Shown one piece after another: positions 17,911-27,484 of a stretch of DNA of 64,000 bases (its first letter is position 1; each line of letters opens with the position of its first letter). Origin of the DNA: an uncultured Caldilineales bacterium (lineage in GTDB: Bacteria; Chloroflexota; Anaerolineae; J102); contig CAZYSY010000208.1 in assembly GCA_964650295.1 (NCBI GenBank), forward strand, positions 35 to 64,034. Reading direction: 5' to 3'. A model generated the notes under the pieces. That model searched no databases. It was not told where the DNA came from and saw only the letters and a list, made by a program, of their open reading frames with translations. The translations under genes and the position numbers were made by a program.

Positions 17911-19455
17911 TCAGACGGGTATCAGTCCATGTTTCTTTGGAGGATTTTGTTGAACCTTTGTGCGCAAATAGGCCAACGATCGAATGAGCCTGGGTCTGGT
18001 TTCTCTGGGGTCGATAATATCATCTATGAAACCAAGTTCAGCGGCGATGTACGGATTAAAGAAGGTCTCGCGATAATCTTGCACAAATTGCGCTTCCATC
18101 CGAGCAGGATCTTGGGCCTGGGCAAGGTCCTTGCGATGTAAGATGCGCACCGCCCCCTCAGCACCCATGACGGCAATTTGGGCCGTTGGCCACGCAAATG
18201 CGAGATCGCTACGCATGGCCTTAGAGCTCATGGCGATGTAAGCCCCCCCCATCGCTTTCCGTAATACCACGGAAATTTTGGGAACAGTAGCTTCAACATA
18301 TGCATAAATAACCTTGGCTCCATGTCGGATGACACCGTAATGTTCCTGGTTGACTCCGGGCAAAAAGCCGGGGGTATCAACAAAGGTGAGGAGTGGAATG
18401 TTGAAGGCGTCGCAGATACGAATGAAGTGAGCGATTTTATCGCTGGCATCGATGTCCAGCACGCCCGCCAGAAACGCAGGCTGATTTGCGACGATACCCA
18501 CGACGTATCCATCCATACGTGCAAATCCGACCACTGCATTGCGAGCAAAATAGGGCTGCACTTCCAGAAAACTACCATAATCTACCACTGCCTGGATCAC
18601 CTGCTTGATTTCGTAGGATTGATCCTCTTGCGCTGGGACAATACTCAATAGGGATTCATCGCGTCGATCAGGTGGATCGGTGGAAATGGCATGGGGCGGA
18701 TCCTCCGTGTTGTTTTGCGGAAGGTAACTGAGTAGCAACTGTACAATCTCCAGGGCATGATGCTCATTTTCAGCCAAGAAGTGAGCTACACCGCTGTGTG
18801 CGTTGTGCACCATGGCTCCCCCAAGGTCCTCGGTAGTGACCTCTTCGCCTGTCACAGCCTTTACGACTTCGGGGCCGGTAAGGAACATGTAGCTGGTGTT
18901 TCGTGTCATGATGACAAAATCGGTGAGGGCGGGGGCGTAAACTGAACCACCTGCCGTTGGGCCCAACATCACCGAGATTTGTGGAATGACGCCCGAAGAG
19001 AGCACATTGCGCGTAAACATTGAGCCATATCCGGCCAGTCCTCTAATCCCTTCCTGGATACGTGCCCCGCCTGAATCCATCAGACCTATGATCGGAGCCC
19101 CTGCCTCCAACGCTAAATCTTGGAGCGCAACGATCTTGCGAGCGTGCATTTCTGAAAAAGTCCCCCCTAGCACCGTGAAATCTTGAGCGTACACCGCCAC
19201 CTGTCGACCATCGATGGTACCGAATCCGGTTACAACGGCGTCACCAAAAAATCGCTTATTCGCCATTCCCATATCCGCTACTTGATGCTTGACAAACATT
19301 CCTAGCTCTTGAAATGAGCCAGGATCTAACAATTTTTCCAATCGTTCCCGTGCTGTCAATTTTCCCATCGCATGCTGCTTTCTTACCCGAGCTTCTCCGC
19401 CTCCTTGCAGTGCTTGTTCTTTCTTTTGATGTAATTGGGCGAGATGATCCTTCAT
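17911..19455 (-). CDS. Acyl-CoA carboxyltransferase (methylmalonyl-CoA decarboxylase alpha / propionyl-CoA carboxylase beta family)
   Basis: Two carboxyltransferase halves are visible (…GGARIQEG…, …GGAYIAMSSK…). The start was moved to ATG at 19455 (MKDHLAQLHQKK); the track start at 19521 is a TTG. Confidence 0.9.
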   Translation of the reverse strand: MKDHLAQLHQKKEQALQGGGEARVRKQHAMGKLTARERLEKLLDPGSFQELGMFVKHQVADMGMANKRFFGDAVVTGFGTIDGRQVAVYAQDFTVLGGTFSEMHARKIVALQDLALEAGAPIIGLMDSGGARIQEGIRGLAGYGSMFTRNVLSSGVIPQISVMLGPTAGGSVYAPALTDFVIMTRNTSYMFLTGPEVVKAVTGEEVTTEDLGGAMVHNAHSGVAHFLAENEHHALEIVQLLLSYLPQNNTEDPPHAISTDPPDRRDESLLSIVPAQEDQSYEIKQVIQAVVDYGSFLEVQPYFARNAVVGFARMDGYVVGIVANQPAFLAGVLDIDASDKIAHFIRICDAFNIPLLTFVDTPGFLPGVNQEHYGVIRHGAKVIYAYVEATVPKISVVLRKAMGGAYIAMSSKAMRSDLAFAWPTAQIAVMGAEGAVRILHRKDLAQAQDPARMEAQFVQDYRETFFNPYIAAELGFIDDIIDPRETRPRLIRSLAYLRTKVQQNPPKKHGLIPV

Positions 19456-19570
19456 TGGGTCACCTAAAAAGGATGTTGAGTGAAAAGGAATATCTACGAA
19501 TTTGTTCCTTATTGTAAGCAAATGTGAGCAATTCTACAAAGTTTGATGTCTCAAAATTCTCCTCCTTCCG

Positions 19571-19591
19571 ACCGGACATCTCCGGTTTTTT
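19571..19591 (+). terminator. Orphan intrinsic-terminator-like hairpin (accgga-catc-tccggt + TTTTTT) in the divergent intergenic region upstream of hpt
   Basis: A 6-bp stem followed by a T6 run, read directly from the sequence. No plus-strand gene lies upstream of it. Confidence 0.3.
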
Positions 19592-19752
19592 CAGCGTTAT
19601 CAATACTGAAACGTCTTTGTTTGTGTTAAAATAGAGTATCCTTGAAGGAGAGATTATGGCTATTCGTTTCGATAGAAAGAGGCAAGCTATCCTTATGATC
19701 TCACCCCTGTAGGTAACCTAAATTGCTCATAGAAATTGACTTGGAGTCCCTC

Positions 19753-20301
19753 ATGAAAAGTAATCACCCTGACGTCGCGGAGATTCTTATCTCGGCTAAT
19801 GCACTGCATAAACGAGTTGAAGCTTTGGGCGAGGAAATCACAGCCGCGTATGCTGGGCAGGAACCGCTATTACTCGCCGTGCTTAAAGGTAGCGTCGTTT
19901 TTATGGCTGATCTGATGCGGCAGATTTCAGTTCCTCATGCTATCGATTTTATGGCAGTTTCTAGCTATGGTGCAGCGACGGAAAGCTCGGGAGTTGTGCG
20001 AATTCTAAAAGATCTGGATGAGCCGATTGAAGGGAAAGATGTTCTCATCGTTGAGGATATTATTGATAGTGGGCACACCTTGGCGTATTTGCGCGGGTTG
20101 TTGTTGGCGCGAAACCCCGCAAGCCTACGTATTGTGACCTTGCTTAGCAAACCTTCCCGTCGTGAAGTGGATGTGCCTGTCGATTGGGTAGGCTTTGAAA
20201 TCCCCGATAAATTCGTCATTGGTTATGGTTTAGATTTTGATGAATACTATCGTGATCTGCCATACATTGGAGTATTGAAGGAGCATGTTTACGGTGATTG
20301 A
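19753..20301 (+). CDS. hpt: Hypoxanthine-guanine phosphoribosyltransferase
   Basis: 'VLIVEDIIDSGHTL' PRPP-binding motif. The start was moved to ATG at 19753 (MKSNHPDV), preceded by GGAG. Confidence 0.9.
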   Translation: MKSNHPDVAEILISANALHKRVEALGEEITAAYAGQEPLLLAVLKGSVVFMADLMRQISVPHAIDFMAVSSYGAATESSGVVRILKDLDEPIEGKDVLIVEDIIDSGHTLAYLRGLLLARNPASLRIVTLLSKPSRREVDVPVDWVGFEIPDKFVIGYGLDFDEYYRDLPYIGVLKEHVYGD

Positions 20302-22418
20302 GCGCTAAAAGGGAGCTGTAGCGCCGGGTCTCCGAGGAGCACAAATGTGTGGATAATGTCCTCCTGGCCTGGGTCAGTTGGATCGAGCGCTCGGACGGCA
20401 TTCATAAGCGCTTCGCCAAGCGTCTGGGTACGCCCAAAGATCTCTGTGCCAAACAGCGCTTGTGCCATCACTTGCTGGTTATTCGGATACGTTTCTCCCG
20501 TGGGAAATAGCCCTGCCACAGCCCCTTTGCCTGGCGCAAGCACCAGCGCTTCACCGAGTGACGTTCGTTTGGGATGCTGAAAATAGCCATTGAGACAGGC
20601 CCAAACAAACATAATTGGAAGCTTCCCTTCTTGTTTCAAGTTGTCGACGTCATCAATGGTAAAGATTGATTCCTTGGCCCAAATATCGATCGCGCCATGC
20701 CCCATATAACTTACCAGCGCCCGACCATCATTGATATCTTGAAGCAACTCCGGTCGCACATCTCTATCTTGTGAGGCAACCAAGTTTTCGCTTTCGAATT
20801 CCGGCGGGATATTGCTGATGATATCTTGATTGAAGGTCGTGAAAAAGATCTCGTCGTCATCAGCTACAAAAAGTAACTTTCTAAGCCAATCCCCTTTGGG
20901 ACGATTCTTCTCGTAGAGGATTGTCTTGCTGACAAGGGCTCTCATCTCCGCGGATGTTTGTGCTGGGAATCGGCCTACGGCCATGTCGGGCAAACCATCG
21001 CCATCTAGATCAACCATTGCATTATCGCTAGCGGTTTCACCCATCACCTGTGTGGCAACGAATGCCGTGGGTATGAGATTTTTATTAGGGGCGTCGGCTA
21101 GATATCCCAGCGGATCGTAACTGGCGTCCCCAGCCAAAAGCAAAAAACGCGGCGAAGGTTCGGGCCAGCTACTAACGGCCCAACGCAAAAAATCAGTGAT
21201 AGCTTTTGGTGACTGTTTGCCATCACTGAATTTTAGGTAGATTTGCTCCGTCGTCACAACCATAATTTTCAGCCCTTGTGTTTCGCGCCAATCCAACAAG
21301 GGTTGTAAAGCCTCTGTCATTTCAGGTAAAGTTACGACAATGTAATCCACGCTTGACGAGGGGGCTGTTAATGCCGGCGGGGCTAAGGCCATACTCGTGG
21401 GGCGCTGTATATCATTGGTAAAGATGATGTATTTGCGTTCCTCTACATTCGACTCTTGAAAAGCAATGGTTTTGCTGTGAAAGGGATCGATTTCAATGAA
21501 TTCTAGTTTTTGGGGTTGCAAACCATCAGTTACGTCCCAAATTGAGATGGGCTTGCCGGTGCTGTTTTCTATCTCTAGTGCCTTTCTGTTAGTATCAATT
21601 AGCAATTGATCGTCATCGAATATCAGCCGCCGCTCATATTGGATACTGATTTTATCTAAATATACCAAATCTGCAATGGCGCCTGTATCCCCAGGAGCAG
21701 TAATCGTCAATTCGTTGCTTGGCGTCAGTATTCCAGGTGGGATTGTTATCTTTACCCTATGTAGGCCCTTTCCGTCCCATTTACTCTCCTGTACTTGCTG
21801 TCCGTTAATGGCGTAAATAAGATGGTGGTCGGGGTTTTCCGCCGATTCTGTAGCGGCCCACAGTGTAACATTCAGAATCGCTACCCCTTCAGTGGTGTCT
21901 GGCGTGTTTATTCGAATGGTGGTTTCTGCTGGGGCAAAGAGACGCTGGCCTAGCCAAGGATCTCCTTCGCGAACTTGTGCCAGATAGGTATCATTAGTCT
22001 CAATGGTTACAGTGTCGGTAAAACTTCGAGCGGGTGCAACTTCAAGGGGAGCCACTTGGCGGGATTCTATTCTTGCAGTGTCACCAGGGCCGTAGTGCAG
22101 TAAGTAGGTTGATCGGTCGTCGTAGCGAGTATGCTCAACGTGACTATAAAATTGTATAGCTTTCTTTCGTCCATCAAGGATATTTAGTGGGATTTCTCTT
22201 TCGCCCTGGATCAAGTGGATATTACGCTCCTTTAATTCAGCTAGATCCCACCCAAATTTCCCAACATCCTTGGTTGTGATGGTGTAGACACCTGGTTTGG
22301 AGACGCGAATTATGACATCTTGGGGCTGGCCTGTGTCACTGTTACGATGACACGCTGAAAAGATAAAAATGAACGCCAGCACCAAAATGCCAACAAGGAA
22401 GCTATGAATACGACGCAT
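20289..22418 (-). CDS. Lipoprotein, clan CD cysteine peptidase of the C25 (gingipain/PorU-like) family, paralog A
   Basis: N-terminal lipobox (IFIFSAC). The C-terminal catalytic region has a His-Gly dyad (YMGHGA), Cys in 'WACLNGYF', and a terminal 'LLGDPALQLP' typical of the C25 domain end. Confidence 0.6.
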   Translation of the reverse strand: MRRIHSFLVGILVLAFIFIFSACHRNSDTGQPQDVIIRVSKPGVYTITTKDVGKFGWDLAELKERNIHLIQGEREIPLNILDGRKKAIQFYSHVEHTRYDDRSTYLLHYGPGDTARIESRQVAPLEVAPARSFTDTVTIETNDTYLAQVREGDPWLGQRLFAPAETTIRINTPDTTEGVAILNVTLWAATESAENPDHHLIYAINGQQVQESKWDGKGLHRVKITIPPGILTPSNELTITAPGDTGAIADLVYLDKISIQYERRLIFDDDQLLIDTNRKALEIENSTGKPISIWDVTDGLQPQKLEFIEIDPFHSKTIAFQESNVEERKYIIFTNDIQRPTSMALAPPALTAPSSSVDYIVVTLPEMTEALQPLLDWRETQGLKIMVVTTEQIYLKFSDGKQSPKAITDFLRWAVSSWPEPSPRFLLLAGDASYDPLGYLADAPNKNLIPTAFVATQVMGETASDNAMVDLDGDGLPDMAVGRFPAQTSAEMRALVSKTILYEKNRPKGDWLRKLLFVADDDEIFFTTFNQDIISNIPPEFESENLVASQDRDVRPELLQDINDGRALVSYMGHGAIDIWAKESIFTIDDVDNLKQEGKLPIMFVWACLNGYFQHPKRTSLGEALVLAPGKGAVAGLFPTGETYPNNQQVMAQALFGTEIFGRTQTLGEALMNAVRALDPTDPGQEDIIHTFVLLGDPALQLPFSAQSP

Positions 22419-22442
22419 GAATGATCAGCGATGCAAGTAAGG

Positions 22443-23204
22443 TTAGCTTTTGCGCCAAATGCGAACCGCAAAACCGCCAATGACGGCGGCTATGGCCAAG
22501 GCCGCTACGCCAAGGATGAGCAGAATTGTGTTGTGGCTGCTCGCAGTGTTAGCAGGTGGTGGGGGCACGCTGGCAGATGCAGATCCTCCGGAAGCAGACT
22601 GCGCCGCAGGTTTTTCGGCGCTAGTGGGATTTGCCTTCTCGACGTTTTGTGCGACAACCGGCGTTGAGGCGCTTTCTGTAGTTTGACTCGTCGATTCGGT
22701 CGCGATGGGGGAGGGCGCATGTTCTGTTGCCACGGGGGTGGAAGCAGCAGGCGTGTTGTCATCTTGCTGCTTCTCTGGAGTCGCAGACGGTTGTGTCACT
22801 TCAGGCGTTGGTGACTCTTGATTTGTGGAGGAAGAGTCGATACTGGCAGAAATTGGCCCCGCCGCCATGTTGGTAGCGCCGTTGACATCTTGCTCTTCCA
22901 GTTTGTACCAATAGGTCACCCCAGGTTGGGCGCTCGTATCGATGAATTGATAATGTTTACCCGTAACCGCATCTCCTTCTGCAGGAACCGCCTGCAATTG
23001 CTGATAGGTTCCGTCTTGGGCATCAGATCGGCTCAAAATGAACAGTGCGGTATCGATTTCGGTGGCTGTTTCCCATTCCAGATGAATCGAATTATCATTG
23101 ATTTGTCCGACGCGAAAATATTTGAGCGTAACTGCGCCGTAAACCGAAACAGGGACGAGGAGTGTGATCAAAAGAATTGCGAGTATGGTTCTTCGTTTCA
23201 ACAT
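22443..23204 (-). CDS. Cell-surface protein: signal peptide, FN3-like domain, Ser/Thr/Pro-rich linker, C-terminal TM helix plus basic tail (tripartite sorting-signal-like)
   Basis: MLKRRTILAILLITLLVPVSVYG signal. 'IHLEWETATEID…YQQLQAVPA…TYWYKLEEQDVNG' is FN3-like. A low-complexity S/T/P/A/E stretch of ~110 aa follows. The protein ends …NTILLILGVAALAIAAVIGGFAVRIWRKS. Confidence 0.6.
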   Translation of the reverse strand: MLKRRTILAILLITLLVPVSVYGAVTLKYFRVGQINDNSIHLEWETATEIDTALFILSRSDAQDGTYQQLQAVPAEGDAVTGKHYQFIDTSAQPGVTYWYKLEEQDVNGATNMAAGPISASIDSSSTNQESPTPEVTQPSATPEKQQDDNTPAASTPVATEHAPSPIATESTSQTTESASTPVVAQNVEKANPTSAEKPAAQSASGGSASASVPPPPANTASSHNTILLILGVAALAIAAVIGGFAVRIWRKS

Positions 23205-23240
23205 GAAGTGTCTCCAAGAGGGTGTGGGTGGACAATGCCA

Positions 23241-25550
23241 CTATTTTGCATAAACTTCCGCTCTCCCAGGTGTCTGCAGAAAGGGATTCCTGTTTTGTTT
23301 TGATATGGGAGAAAATAGGAAGTGTCTTGTTGCTGATTCTGGCAGTTGTAGGGTTGGGTCGCCGAAAAGTGTCATGGTTTCAATAAGGTAATGTTTACCG
23401 TATTCCTCATAGAAACGTCTCTTTGTGATTAGTAGGGCCTCCCCCAAGGTCCTCACGTTTTCGTCAAAAATAACTTCCATGAGGATGGCCCGAAATTGTG
23501 ACTGAATGAAAGTAATGCCCAGGCCTGTGGGAGAAATAGCTGCGATTGAGCCAGCATCTTTTTGGCGAAGCATGAATTCAGCTATTCCAGGCGTTCCTGG
23601 ATATGCAAAATAGCCATCCAGACAGTTGAAGGTGCTAACAAATGGATATTTACCTGCATTTCTAAGATTAACAATGTCTTTCAGTGACCAGCCTTCGCCT
23701 TTCATCCAGGTTGTAGGAGAACCATGTCCGGCATACTGAACCATCCATACGCCACGGTTGATGGCGCGTGTGATGCCATCACGGACATCCTCAGCTTCCG
23801 GATGAGTAATATTGCGATAGATGCGCTGAGGGATAAGATCGCCAGGCAAGTAATTGGTGATGATTTCTTCGCTCAACCTGGCAAAGTCCCCAGCGGGAGG
23901 GTCGTAATCTGCGACAAAAGCTGCCCGGCGCTGCCAATAGTGATTTCGTACATTTTCATCATAAGTGACCAATTTGTCAACTACTGCATTGGCTTCATCA
24001 AGGTTATTGACAGGGATGCGACCTACTGCCAACTCTGGATCGCCATCTTCATTCAGGTCGGCGTAACGGTTATCATCCGGCACTTCACCTTGCCATGGAT
24101 CTTCCCAGGCCAGAAAAGGAGGCACAATGATTGGCTCTGGTTGATATTTGTCAGGGGCGAATCCCTTAAAATTCCAATGCCCATCACCAAAGAGCGTCAA
24201 ATAATGTGGTTTCGGTTCGGGCCAGTTTTCGATGGCCCATTTCATGAATTTCACAATGGCGCGTGGGTGATAGATACCGTCATTAAATTCGTCAACCAAG
24301 TCTTGAAAAAATACTATCCGCGAGCTATACCCGCGCTTTTGGTGCCATTCTGATAAGCGTTGGGCTGCCGCTTCCAATTCGGGGGCGGTCACGATAATAA
24401 CCTCGGCCCCATGAACTGGCTGGCGCAATTCGGTTTGCTGGGGGCTTAGCTCAATAGAGTCTGGCCCGTGAATGGCTTCCTCCTCCTGCAACCAAAACCT
24501 GTCTCCTGGAGAATCCTTGACGCGGAAGAGAATCGCTTTGGCTCTACCTGGAATAGCTGCTGAATGCGTAAGCCTGCGCGGTGCATAGGGGTTGCTGATA
24601 TCTAAGATTTCGACTCTAGTTTCTGTCCATCCTTTTACTAAGTATTCGTGAGGACCGGGCGATTCTGTCCGGAAGTCAATTTGTCCCTTCCAAGCCACAA
24701 ATCGGCGACGATAATGCATGTCCCAATGATTGACAAAAACCTTGTCGATTTTGTTCTTTGGTTTCAACATTGCGCCGATAGTAACCGTATTGACGCCGTG
24801 AGTTATTAGATCAGCGGGCACTGTGGCGGTAAAGATGTTTAGACGCGTACCTGACCAGATTTCATCCAAAAGCTTTGTGCCATTCAATTCCACTATTGTT
24901 CGATGTTCTACCGGGCTCTGCGAATATTCCTCGACAATAAGCTTGGCAGGCTGACTCGCGGCTGGATAAGGTATCGTGGATGGATATGTGCCTGTAATGA
25001 CAAGTTGCTTTGAATTCATACGCAGAATGTCCCAAAACCACGTATCCAATGAGTATTCTCTTTCACGTTGCTGCGTAAACCAGTAGTTGTTTTGCTCTGC
25101 ATGAATGGTGGTTGCAAAATCGGTGGGAGAAGATAGTTTGAAACTTGGGGCGGCATTAATTTCAGGAATGCGTGGTCCGGGCTCCGCACCAATCGTCAGC
25201 CAATAAACATTTTCGTCAGTGTATTTTTCGTTTTGAATGGTGCTGTGATATTTTTGTCCAAAGAACTCGATATAGTCTCGCTTATCGAATCTCCCATCCT
25301 CCTCGCCAGCAACAAAAATGGCTATGGGTATCCCCTGGCTGGTGAGTGAGAAGGTTCGGGGATCGATGCTGACAGGCTTAATGCCTGCTGATTCAAGATC
25401 GCTAGGCGTAATGCGGACAATACCGTCTTGTGTTACGCCGATGCGCAATCTGTAGGTTTCCTGCGCCCGCACAGGTTCTGTCCAAAAGGTGAAATTGCCG
25501 AGGGCGAGTAGGGCAACGAGTGTGCTGATGGCTGTAAAGATTTTTTTCAT
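23241..25550 (-). CDS. Secreted clan CD cysteine peptidase of the C25 (gingipain/PorU-like) family, paralog B
   Basis: Signal peptide, then 'YAGHGSPTTW' and 'TFNCLDGYF', ending 'LFGDPTLQLPE'. It is colinear with paralog A. Confidence 0.6.
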   Translation of the reverse strand: MKKIFTAISTLVALLALGNFTFWTEPVRAQETYRLRIGVTQDGIVRITPSDLESAGIKPVSIDPRTFSLTSQGIPIAIFVAGEEDGRFDKRDYIEFFGQKYHSTIQNEKYTDENVYWLTIGAEPGPRIPEINAAPSFKLSSPTDFATTIHAEQNNYWFTQQREREYSLDTWFWDILRMNSKQLVITGTYPSTIPYPAASQPAKLIVEEYSQSPVEHRTIVELNGTKLLDEIWSGTRLNIFTATVPADLITHGVNTVTIGAMLKPKNKIDKVFVNHWDMHYRRRFVAWKGQIDFRTESPGPHEYLVKGWTETRVEILDISNPYAPRRLTHSAAIPGRAKAILFRVKDSPGDRFWLQEEEAIHGPDSIELSPQQTELRQPVHGAEVIIVTAPELEAAAQRLSEWHQKRGYSSRIVFFQDLVDEFNDGIYHPRAIVKFMKWAIENWPEPKPHYLTLFGDGHWNFKGFAPDKYQPEPIIVPPFLAWEDPWQGEVPDDNRYADLNEDGDPELAVGRIPVNNLDEANAVVDKLVTYDENVRNHYWQRRAAFVADYDPPAGDFARLSEEIITNYLPGDLIPQRIYRNITHPEAEDVRDGITRAINRGVWMVQYAGHGSPTTWMKGEGWSLKDIVNLRNAGKYPFVSTFNCLDGYFAYPGTPGIAEFMLRQKDAGSIAAISPTGLGITFIQSQFRAILMEVIFDENVRTLGEALLITKRRFYEEYGKHYLIETMTLFGDPTLQLPESATRHFLFSPISKQNRNPFLQTPGRAEVYAK

Positions 25551-25565
25551 AGCACTTGTTGTGGG

Positions 25566-27377
25566 TTATTCTGCCAGTCCGCGGGCGTGTTCGATATAGT
25601 CTAGACTTTGGTGTCTGAAGTATGTATTATACAGGGTTGCATAGTGTCCCCCCAAGGTTATAAGACTATCATGATCCCCCTCCTCAATAATTTTACCATG
25701 ATCAATCACCAAAATGCGATCTGCCGCCTTTACTGTGGAGAGACGATGTGCAATGAGTATGCTGGTCGTGCGGGATAAAATTAAATTTAGCGCCTGTTGT
25801 ATTTGCCATTCGGTAAAGGGATCGATACTGGCTGTGGCCTCGTCCAAAATAAAGATTGTCGGTTTATGTGCCAGAACACGCATCAAAGCAACCAGTTGGC
25901 GCTGCCCCATCGAGAGCCGCTTTCCCCGCTCGCCCACCTCGGTATACAATCCCTCAGGCAGTGTTTCCAACCAGTCTCCGTTACCAATTTGACGGGCAAG
26001 CTCAAGGATTTCTTCATCGCTAGGATTGGGATTGGCATACCGAATATTGTCCGCTACAGTCCCCGAGAATAAGAAGGGGATTTGAGAGACAATCCCCAAT
26101 TGTTTGCGATAAGAGGCTAGATTTAATGTGCGGATATCATGGCCATCCACCCATATCCGGCCAAGCTGAAACTCGTAAAAACGAGCAATGAGTTTGGCGA
26201 TGGTGGTTTTGCCAGCACCTGTGTGTCCGACCAAGGCAATGGTCTCTCCAGCACTGATATGCAAATTGAAGTGAGACAGGATGTTTTCACCCTCAACATA
26301 ACGAAACGTTACATTCTCAAACCGGATTTCCCCTGAAAGCTGTGGAGGGATTATGTTGTCTCTTTGGATAACATTGTGCTCCGCCTCGATAAGTGCAAAA
26401 ATGCGCTCAGCCGCCGAAAGTCCTGCCTGGATTTGAGCAGAAAATGCGGCCAGGTTTAGCACAGGGAAGAAGAATCGCTCCAGACTACTCAAGAAAAGAT
26501 ACCAGGCGCCAGCAGTCACAATGCCTTGCATTACCGTAAGGCCGCCTGCATAAACCAAACCTGCAGTAGCGACACCTCCTAAACCATTGAGCAGAGGAAA
26601 AACCGAGGCAAGTACGAAACCTCGGCGAACATTCACCTGGAAGCTTTCTTCATTGGCTTGCACGAATTCCTGGTAGATGGCTGATTCCTGACGATAATTT
26701 TTGGCGACGGCGATGCCGCCAACACTTTCCTTGATTCTCGCATTGACCACCGCCATGGCCCGCATTCCTAGCCGCGTGTATTTGCGCATGATTGAGCGCA
26801 ATGCGCTGGCAGCGAAAAATAGCACCGGCAAAAATAGGAAGATCCCCATTGCTAAACGCCATTCAATCTTGACCAAAAGCGCAGCCAAGATACCCGCCTG
26901 AATAAACTGCGAGGTGACATCAGTGACCAGGGTAACCACCTCACCAAAGTCGCGCGTATCAGAAGTGATGCGCGAAACGATACGCCCCGAAGCATATTTG
27001 TCAAAAAAGGAAAGATCGTGGTTCACCGAGGCGCGAAACGCATCTATGCGGAGATTTAATACGACGTCGCCAATGGTGCGCACGGTAATGCGACGCCGCA
27101 TCCAATTAGCTCCCCAGGTTAATACGCCGAAGAGGAACACCGCTGTGGTGAGTGCTGCCAATAAGATGGGATCGTTGCGGGCCTGAAGCATATCGATGCC
27201 ACGCCCAACCAACACCGGGAAACTTGCGCTTGAACCCGCGATTACCACTAGCATGACTGTGATGAGAATGAGTCGGCGTGCGTAAGGTTTAAAGTACGCA
27301 CCGATGCCCGCCAGTAATTCGCGATCACTGTACTGGCGATCATATCCTTCCACATCGAGGTTGGCAAAAAATCCCAT
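25566..27377 (-). CDS. ABC transporter, fused permease/ATPase (type I exporter half-transporter)
   Basis: 6 TM helices, then Walker A GHTGAGKTT, the LSMGQRQ signature and Walker B ILDEATAS. Confidence 0.9.
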   Translation of the reverse strand: MGFFANLDVEGYDRQYSDRELLAGIGAYFKPYARRLILITVMLVVIAGSSASFPVLVGRGIDMLQARNDPILLAALTTAVFLFGVLTWGANWMRRRITVRTIGDVVLNLRIDAFRASVNHDLSFFDKYASGRIVSRITSDTRDFGEVVTLVTDVTSQFIQAGILAALLVKIEWRLAMGIFLFLPVLFFAASALRSIMRKYTRLGMRAMAVVNARIKESVGGIAVAKNYRQESAIYQEFVQANEESFQVNVRRGFVLASVFPLLNGLGGVATAGLVYAGGLTVMQGIVTAGAWYLFLSSLERFFFPVLNLAAFSAQIQAGLSAAERIFALIEAEHNVIQRDNIIPPQLSGEIRFENVTFRYVEGENILSHFNLHISAGETIALVGHTGAGKTTIAKLIARFYEFQLGRIWVDGHDIRTLNLASYRKQLGIVSQIPFLFSGTVADNIRYANPNPSDEEILELARQIGNGDWLETLPEGLYTEVGERGKRLSMGQRQLVALMRVLAHKPTIFILDEATASIDPFTEWQIQQALNLILSRTTSILIAHRLSTVKAADRILVIDHGKIIEEGDHDSLITLGGHYATLYNTYFRHQSLDYIEHARGLAE

Positions 27378-27484
27378 GAGATGGCTTTTGTGTGGGCGTG
27401 CTAATAGTTGACGGCTGATGTTCGCTCATAGAACAATACGAACCTGCTGAGTCGCTTGTCAGCCATTGTTGTATTGTAAATCTA

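Noticed and set aside
17911-19521. Track start of the carboxyltransferase gene at 19521
   Set aside because: The codon there is TTG and adds 22 atypical residues. ATG at 19455 (MKDHLAQ…) matches the expected N-terminus.
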